IMG/VR virus record: IMGVR_UViG_3300036770_005890
DNA from: a virus
DNA length: 64,000 nt
Strand: one strand, 5' to 3'
Position 1 is the stretch's first letter; the number at the start of each line of letters is the position of its first letter. The position numbers and the translations under genes are program-made. This document shows positions 59,409 through 64,000 of the stretch, one piece after another. The notes beneath the pieces are model-generated. The model saw nothing but the letters and a program-made list of their open reading frames with translations. It was not told the origin of the DNA and searched no databases.

Positions 59409-59414
59409 TAGAAT
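59409..59414 (+). promoter_or_regulatory. -10-like hexamer TAGAAT, 24 nt before ATG 59439
   Basis: Heads the plus-strand island within the minus-strand early region. Confidence 0.4.
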
Positions 59415-59438
59415 GCCCAGGAACACCGCTCGCGAGCG

Positions 59439-59774
59439 ATGGAGCTGCGGGATTGGATCGCCGTCCTGGGCTTCTCATACGGCATAGCGAGTGACTGGAT
59501 CGGCGAAAGCGGACGGTTCCAGGCCAGCAGCGTGGCGGGATTGGTGTGGCATTGGCTGAAGTCGTTTGGTGCGGAGCAAGCACCACCTACGGCTCCTGCG
59601 CCCAAGCCTGCTACTGGATCTACTGAGCCACTGTCGTACGCGAAGTTGATCGAGGACGGCATCTATCACCGCAATCGATTGATGCGGCAGCCGGGCGTCA
59701 AGGAGGTGGACATGGCCTTGATGGGTCGCCACCTGGTGCTGACGGTGTATCGAGAGCGGCAGGGCGATGCCTAA
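59439..59774 (+). CDS. hypothetical protein
   Basis: 111 aa. ATG 24 nt after TAGAAT. Confidence 0.4.
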   Translation: MELRDWIAVLGFSYGIASDWIGESGRFQASSVAGLVWHWLKSFGAEQAPPTAPAPKPATGSTEPLSYAKLIEDGIYHRNRLMRQPGVKEVDMALMGRHLVLTVYRERQGDA

Positions 59775-60027
59775 TTGGCTCTGGCGTTCGGTCGTTGGCG
59801 TGGCGCTGGCAACGGCGGCGTTGTCGGTTGCTCAGTGGATGAACTGCGCATTCGTCGTGGCGCCACGGCAGTGGCCGTTCTATGCCAAGTACATCGGAAC
59901 TGATGTGTCCGAGAAGCTGGATCCACGGCGCCTCGGCTGCGAAGACAGCGACAACAGAAGCGTGGCTGTACTGATGAGCGTGTTGACAACGCTGATCAGC
60001 TTGAGCCGTCAAACCAAGGACGAATGA
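59767..60027 (+). CDS. two-TM membrane protein
   Basis: 86 aa with WRSVVGVALATAALSVA and VAVLMSVLTTLISL. Confidence 0.4.
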   Translation: MPNWLWRSVVGVALATAALSVAQWMNCAFVVAPRQWPFYAKYIGTDVSEKLDPRRLGCEDSDNRSVAVLMSVLTTLISLSRQTKDE

Positions 60028-60338
60028 TCATGAACAAGACCTGGACAATCCAAGTGCAGGACAACGGTGTGCTGCAGCTGCCCGAGGAGGTCACGCGAGA
60101 CCTGGGCTGGAAGAGCGGTGATGTGCTGCACTGGCGCCGCATAGAAAAAGGGGCTGTCTCGGTCAAGCGTTGCGCCGAGATCAGCCCCATGGACTTGAGT
60201 CTTTGGTTTGATGACTACTACGAGTCGATCGCCGAAGGAGAGGCATATGTGGTGGTGAGCGAGGAAGGGAAGTTCTTGTTTGCTTCGGTCGAGACGGTCT
60301 TCAGCGAGTTGTCCGCCGTGGAGGATACGGACGCCTGA
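60024..60338 (+). CDS. AbrB/MazE/SpoVT-family DNA-binding protein
   Basis: TIQVQDNGVLQLPEEVTRDLGWKSGDVLHWRRIEKGAVSVKR fits the swapped-hairpin barrel motif. ATGA overlap with the upstream gene. Confidence 0.6.
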   Translation: MIMNKTWTIQVQDNGVLQLPEEVTRDLGWKSGDVLHWRRIEKGAVSVKRCAEISPMDLSLWFDDYYESIAEGEAYVVVSEEGKFLFASVETVFSELSAVEDTDA

Positions 60339-60471
60339 GCGGTGATGGCGGATACCTGCATCTGAGGCGGCAGATCAAGCGAAGCGATCGGGGTGAGGCT
60401 CATGAACGAGAGCTTGGCTGTGGTTAGCAGCATGGAGATCTCCTTAGAGTGAACAAAATCGGAGTCCAGCA

Positions 60472-60795
60472 ATGGATGACAGCCTTGTAGAGGTCCACAG
60501 CATTGATGATGCAGTGGAAGAAGAGGTGCTTGAGGTAGAGGATGGGCTGACAATCCGCTGTTATCGATCAGAAAGCGGGGCTAGATTCCTGGATTTGGAT
60601 TGGGAACCGGGCTCAAAGTGGGAGTTCCTTGAAACGGTTGAGCCTGAATTCATCCTCGAGAGTCTACTCAGTGAGCTCTTTAGCGAGGCTGAAGCAGACA
60701 AACTGCTCGAGGGAGTCAAGGTGCTCGGGCTGGTCGACGAGAAGCCGCAAGACTGCGGATGCGGCGACCCAGGCGCTGGCCAGTGCCAGTTGTGA
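60472..60795 (+). CDS. strongly acidic hypothetical protein
   Basis: 107 aa, roughly 30% D+E. Confidence 0.4.
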   Translation: MDDSLVEVHSIDDAVEEEVLEVEDGLTIRCYRSESGARFLDLDWEPGSKWEFLETVEPEFILESLLSELFSEAEADKLLEGVKVLGLVDEKPQDCGCGDPGAGQCQL

Positions 60796-60799
60796 GGCC

Positions 60800-60904
60800 A
60801 TGGAAGGGCCGAGTGCTGATGTGATGATCTTCGCGACGTTGATGACGGCGCCGCTCCTGGGGCTGATCATCGTCACGTTGATTGGGATGCTGCTCGACCT
60901 CTAG
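60800..60904 (+). CDS. 34-aa hydrophobic peptide (below track cutoff)
   Basis: MEGPSADVMIFATLMTAPLLGLIIVTLIGMLLDL, 4 nt after the upstream stop. Confidence 0.25.
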   Translation: MEGPSADVMIFATLMTAPLLGLIIVTLIGMLLDL

Positions 60905-60992
60905 GAAATTCCTAGAGTGATGGAAATCGTCGAGCCTTCGGGCTGCAATCACGGCATCAGACGACGGGGATGCCGCGTTTGGAGGGCGTGTG

Positions 60993-61160
60993 ATGCAGGT
61001 TCTGCGGGCCTGGCTGAAGGGATTCAGCTCCCTTGAGCGGCAGTTCCTTGAGGAACTGAAGAAGCGGGGTCGGAGTGAGACGCCGCAACTGTGCACGTAT
61101 CGCGGCTTGAAGTACGAGTGCAGCGGACGTGCCGGCCACTGGGGAATCCTGGAGGGCTGA
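60993..61160 (+). CDS. 55-aa hypothetical protein (below track cutoff)
   Basis: GGAGGG 7 nt upstream. MQVLRAWLKGFSSLERQFLEELKKRGRSETPQLCTYRGLKYECSGRAGHWGILEG. Confidence 0.3.
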   Translation: MQVLRAWLKGFSSLERQFLEELKKRGRSETPQLCTYRGLKYECSGRAGHWGILEG

Positions 61161-61161
61161 G

Positions 61162-61347
61162 ATGGAAGCTGTTCGCCTGAGCTGGCTGATGCGCCAGCAG
61201 AACGATCGTGCGCAGGCCTTGCGTCATGTGGAGCGCTGCCAACAGGTAGACGGGCTGGGGGCCCTGCCCGCCTGCGCTGTTGACGGTGTGGTGTTCAGAT
61301 GTCGCCCCTCGGTGGTGGCGCCATCATCTGCTCCATGTAGGGGTTGA
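61162..61347 (+). CDS. 61-aa hypothetical protein
   Basis: GGAGGG upstream, in frame with track ORF 61129..61347. The 3' end collides with a minus-strand ORF. Confidence 0.25.
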   Translation: MEAVRLSWLMRQQNDRAQALRHVERCQQVDGLGALPACAVDGVVFRCRPSVVAPSSAPCRG

Positions 61348-61481
61348 GGATTCGGTACCACTGAGCTGCGGTGTAGCGGCGACCGGTGGAGTCATTGAGC
61401 TCCTCGGTCGCTGCTTCGCGGTGCAGGATGTCCTGCAGTGCTGCCCAGTAGCGATAGACGCAGTGGGCGCTCAGCTGCAGT

Positions 61482-61661
61482 TCAGCGACTGATGAAGCTG
61501 GCTGCGATGGGGTAGTGCTTGGTTGTGCCGTAGTGAATGCGGTAGGGGATGCCGTTGGCGCGGTAGGTGCGGATGACATCAGAGAGGGCGTCAGGGGTGG
61601 CGTTGGCGAGGGTGACGGGCTGGAGCCCGGGGACGAGGGGGTTCACGGTGACGTTGGCCAT
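61482..61661 (-). CDS. 59-aa hypothetical protein (below track cutoff)
   Basis: MANVTVNPLVPGLQPVTLANATPDALSDVIRTYRANGIPYRIHYGTTKHYPIAASFISR. Confidence 0.3.
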   Translation of the reverse strand: MANVTVNPLVPGLQPVTLANATPDALSDVIRTYRANGIPYRIHYGTTKHYPIAASFISR

Positions 61662-61715
61662 GAGAAAGGAGAGGGCGGGCGAAGTGTATGCCTGGTCTTG
61701 CGCTGTGTCGATGAA

Positions 61716-62366
61716 TCAGTGCTTGATGAAGGCCACGATGTAATCCCGATCAGGGATGGCACACATGGGGGTGCCGTTGCCGCAGCCGCAGCACTGGGTT
61801 GTCTTGTTTGTGGCCTGGTTCTCGCAGACCTTGAAGGGGACGCCCTTGTGGCGGAAGGTGGCGGTATCGCTCCCGTCGATCACGCAGGTGACGGGATAGC
61901 CCCGGCGGTAGTACTTGATGGCGTCGTCGAGGGTTTCGGTCGAGACGTTCACCGTGAAACCAGTGCGGTTGGCAAGGCGAATGGCGTACTGGTTCCAGCT
62001 GTCGGGCCTGTGGTGCGTGTAAGTCCAGGCATGCGAGAGGTGCTGGACAGCCTGGGTTAAAAGCTTGAGCAGGGTCCGATCGATGCGACCGCGCTGGTGC
62101 CAGAGGTCCCCGCCGACGTTGTGGCGGAACATGGTGCCGGGACGCAGGGCGGCGACTTGCTTGATGAATTGCTCGGGCGGGACGCCGCGCTCATGGCGGG
62201 TGATGGCATCGCCGTGAAGTCTGGTGTGGTAGCCCTTCATGGCGTAACACTCATCCTTCATGCCGCATTCAGGTGGGCAGCTGGACCAGCCGGTGGAGCT
62301 GACGGCGATGGGCCCGGTCTTGGAGTTCTGTGAGACCTCTGTAAGAGAAGAGAAGCTAACTGACAT
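61716..62366 (-). CDS. GP88-family-like Cys-rich protein
   Basis: SSCPPECGMKDECYAMKGY, FRHNVGGDLW and QCCGCGNGTPMC. Start moved to ATG 62366 because a terminator hairpin lies at 62404..62438 inside the longer track ORF. Confidence 0.55.
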   Translation of the reverse strand: MSVSFSSLTEVSQNSKTGPIAVSSTGWSSCPPECGMKDECYAMKGYHTRLHGDAITRHERGVPPEQFIKQVAALRPGTMFRHNVGGDLWHQRGRIDRTLLKLLTQAVQHLSHAWTYTHHRPDSWNQYAIRLANRTGFTVNVSTETLDDAIKYYRRGYPVTCVIDGSDTATFRHKGVPFKVCENQATNKTTQCCGCGNGTPMCAIPDRDYIVAFIKH

Positions 62367-62403
62367 CGCAGCAGGAATCGAAATGCACCGCTGAAAAGCG
62401 GCA

Positions 62404-62438
62404 CAAAAAGATCCCCCTGCCGGTGAAGACAGGGGGAT
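62404..62438 (-). terminator. rho-independent terminator between the iteron region and the GP88-like gene
   Basis: Minus strand ATCCCCCTG tcttcaccgg CAGGGGGAT followed by CTTTTTG. Confidence 0.6.
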
Positions 62439-62483
62439 GCTGGCAACTCCTAATTTGGGGAAAATTAGAAGTTCATTAGGAGT

Positions 62484-62540
62484 TACGGACAAGTACGTGT
62501 AAATACGAACGTGCCCGTATGGGATACGGACGTGCTCGTA
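62484..62540 (+). repeat. three TACGRAC-containing sites at 20-21 nt spacing (two full 16-mers TACGRACGTGCYCGTA)
   Basis: tacggac at 62484, tacgaacgtgcccgta at 62504, tacggacgtgctcgta at 62525. Confidence 0.6.
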
Positions 62541-62550
62541 AGACCGTCAG

Positions 62551-62568
62551 CAAGTACCCATCAAGTAC
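62551..62568 (+). repeat. two CAAGTACCC iterons 11 nt apart
   Basis: caagtacccatcaagtaccc. Confidence 0.6.
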
Positions 62569-62615
62569 CCTCGCTGAGTCGGGAAGCGGGGAGTGCGGCT
62601 GTCGCTGGCGGCTAG

Positions 62616-62670
62616 ATCAAGTACTGATCAAGTACCAGTCAAGTACCAGTCAAGTACCAGTCAAGTAAGA
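62616..62670 (+). repeat. five tandem 11-bp iterons (TCAAGTACCAG)
   Basis: atcaagtactg atcaagtacca gtcaagtacca gtcaagtacca gtcaagtaaga. Confidence 0.8.
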
Positions 62671-62764
62671 GCTACGAAGATTGATGACCCAAGCGTGAGA
62701 CGCCTCGAGGGCGAGCAGGTGCTTGGGCTCTATCGCTACGTAGCCTAGTGAAGGTGACTGCTCA

Positions 62765-62800
62765 CCGAGCAAGTTACCGAGCAAGTCGCCGAGCAAGTAG
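62765..62800 (+). repeat. three tandem 12-bp repeats CCGAGCAAGTNN
   Basis: ccgagcaagtta ccgagcaagtcg ccgagcaagtag. They share the CAAGT core. Confidence 0.7.
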
Positions 62801-62809
62801 CGAAGGTGA

Positions 62810-63016
62810 TTACGAGGTTTCAAGCTCGTCAGCGATGGTATTCAAAACATCTGCAGGATGTTTCAGCTCAGCCCAACGGAGGCATACCTCATCCGCAGCA
62901 GCTCGCAGGGCGGCGGCAACGTTTTCGCGGAGGTCATCCATTTGCAATCCTGTGTGCTCGGAGTCACCGAGGAAAGCGTCTAGGACTGTTTTTGCGGCGG
63001 GTGAAAGTTCAGACAT
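62810..63016 (-). CDS. hypothetical acidic protein
   Basis: 68-aa ORF. Confidence 0.4.
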   Translation of the reverse strand: MSELSPAAKTVLDAFLGDSEHTGLQMDDLRENVAAALRAAADEVCLRWAELKHPADVLNTIADELETS

Positions 63017-63030
63017 AGAAGTGGAAGCGG

Positions 63031-63246
63031 CTAAGAGGGCGGATAAAGCTGATTGATTGCATCACGAATGAGAAGAGCGTCTTCTTTGCTAAGGCTTAGC
63101 TTTATCTCACCCACTTGATCATTGTCGTCGTGATACTTGATGGTGAGGCCAGAGCCAGGCTCTACATCGTACTCGGCAGCGCAGTCTTCAACTGTCCACC
63201 ACCACTCAAATTCAGATTGACAGCGTTTGATTGTTGTTACGGGCAT
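63031..63246 (-). CDS. hypothetical protein
   Basis: 71-aa ORF. Confidence 0.4.
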   Translation of the reverse strand: MPVTTIKRCQSEFEWWWTVEDCAAEYDVEPGSGLTIKYHDDNDQVGEIKLSLSKEDALLIRDAINQLYPPS

Positions 63247-63265
63247 GGGTAATTAGGGGTAATGA

Positions 63266-63742
63266 CTACTCAAATTCTGGTTCGTAAGGCTGCGGCACTA
63301 TGGAGTGCATAGCGTCAAGCAGCGCCTTTTCGTGCTGCTCGTAGCCCCACTGGGCGGCACACCTAGCGACGTACATTTCTTCTGGACTTACTTCCCCAAG
63401 ATCGCCGCCGTAATACTCCAGTAGCCACTGCCGTACCAGCTTGGGCGGTGGGGTGTGATCAATCTCTTCAAGAGCTTCTGCAATGTACAGGAGCCGCGAA
63501 CAACTGATAATTCCAGGGCTTTCTTGGAGTTGGTTGATTGCCTCCTTAAACGCAGCGGCAAGAACTGGACCATCGGAGATACCACGCTCACAGGCGGAGA
63601 TATCAAAAGCTCGAAAGATTTCGAGCGCTATTTTGGCGCGGGACTCTTGAGCTGCGCGTTTTACCCAGTCATCAGTCTTGAACCCATCCATGCAATCAAG
63701 CCAAGGGGCATCGTCTTTGTCGGGGAGGTTGTGTTCAGTCAT
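63266..63742 (-). CDS. hypothetical protein
   Basis: 158-aa ORF. Confidence 0.45.
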   Translation of the reverse strand: MTEHNLPDKDDAPWLDCMDGFKTDDWVKRAAQESRAKIALEIFRAFDISACERGISDGPVLAAAFKEAINQLQESPGIISCSRLLYIAEALEEIDHTPPPKLVRQWLLEYYGGDLGEVSPEEMYVARCAAQWGYEQHEKALLDAMHSIVPQPYEPEFE

Positions 63743-63885
63743 TTATGCGGACCAATGCAGATGACGCGCTCGCCAATAACAAAGAAAAGTGCAAGCGTTG
63801 CCTCTGGTAAGTCGCCACCAAAGCCGATGCCAAAAAACAAGGTTTTGTCGAAGTCTGCTTTGCGTATGGAAAACCACTTAGTCAT
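63739..63885 (-). CDS. 48-aa hypothetical protein
   Basis: Internal ATG (MTKWFSIRK...) overlapping the stop of the upstream partial ORF. Confidence 0.3.
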   Translation of the reverse strand: MTKWFSIRKADFDKTLFFGIGFGGDLPEATLALFFVIGERVICIGPHK

Positions 63886-64000
63886 CGAGCTTCTCCACGG
63901 CACGGCGAAGATCTTGCAGGATCTCAGGCAAGTAATGCCCATCCCGCTCCATCACGTCTAGGTGTTTCAAGGATTGCTCTTTCAAGCTCGGCGGCTTGGG
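63878..64000 (-). CDS. hypothetical protein, 5' end outside window
   Basis: Open frame from the window edge to TAA at 63878 (...HLDVMERDGHYLPEILQDLRRAVEKLDD). Confidence 0.3.
   Translation of the reverse strand, partial: PKPPSLKEQSLKHLDVMERDGHYLPEILQDLRRAVEKLDD

Noticed and set aside
60218-60553. Minus-strand ORF with GGAG upstream of an internal ATG (60433)
   Set aside because: It is antisense to the 3' end of the AbrB-like gene. Its S/T/A-rich composition is what is expected from reading acidic codons backwards. The GGAG is part of the palindrome GGAGATCTCC.
62616-62670. Possible CRISPR array
   Set aside because: The units are 11 bp and directly abutting with no spacers, and no cas genes are present. 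This is iteron-like, not CRISPR.
62748-63056. 102-aa plus-strand ORF spanning the 12-bp repeats
   Set aside because: It begins inside the iteron array and runs antisense to two collinear minus-strand ORFs. Its S/A/R-rich composition derives from the repeats.
1-64000. tRNA, tmRNA or rRNA genes
   Set aside because: Intergenic gaps were read for T-loop-like GGTTCRANYC and cloverleaf potential. Nothing convincing was found. A covariance-model scan (tRNAscan-SE/Infernal) would be decisive.

Overview
The window reads as one continuous ~60% GC tailed-phage genome, either a temperate cyanophage or a prophage. No host housekeeping genes, rRNA, tRNA or CRISPR array could be supported.

Layout:
- 1..8869 (+): about 13 tightly coupled orphan ORFs. 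They are basic, glycine-zipper or coiled-coil proteins, probably virion or ejection proteins, with a PP-loop (PAPS-reductase family) enzyme embedded among them.
- 8883..15932 (+): terminase, portal, a scaffold-like protein and a two-domain lysin.
- 15946..19853 (-): an inverted cassette with structural paralogs, a minimal CP12-like peptide and two LAGLIDADG-like ORFs.
- 19944..34521 (+): major capsid protein, then tail and fibre genes.
- 34534..35987 (-): an accessory micro-operon with a SPRY-domain protein and a candidate recoding site.
- 36065..38801 (+): small phage ORFs.
- 39365..42876 (+): large serine integrase, HNH endonuclease, an NblA-like ORF and a second two-domain lysin.
- 42886..50256 (mostly -): nucleotide-metabolism block with a MazZ-like pyrophosphohydrolase, a Dam-like protein with a degenerate catalytic motif, ThyX, an HNH endonuclease, dCMP deaminase and a 2OG-Fe(II) oxygenase.
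- 50647..59337 (mostly -): replication and recombination block with primase-polymerase/helicase, an XRE regulator, a PD-(D/E)XK exonuclease and SSB.
- 59409..61347 (+): a small-ORF island containing an AbrB-type protein.
- 61716..64000 (-): a GP88-like gene, a dense CAAGTA(C) iteron array (62484..62800) and further small early ORFs.

Most notable observations:
1. A hidden 87-codon ORF that can only be reached by -1 slippage at C CCA AAG, or by a CTGA-coupled CTG start, behind a 45-aa membrane peptide and upstream of the SPRY protein.
2. A 54-aa peptide carrying only the C-terminal loop of CP12.
3. Two NblA-like ORFs.
4. The iteron array.
5. TAnnnT hexamers at a fixed 19-25 nt upstream of many start codons, many of which are GTG.
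6. A Dam-family protein in which NPPY has become APPM.
7. Several long out-of-frame gene overlaps.

All homology statements rest on motifs I recognised by eye. No searches were run.
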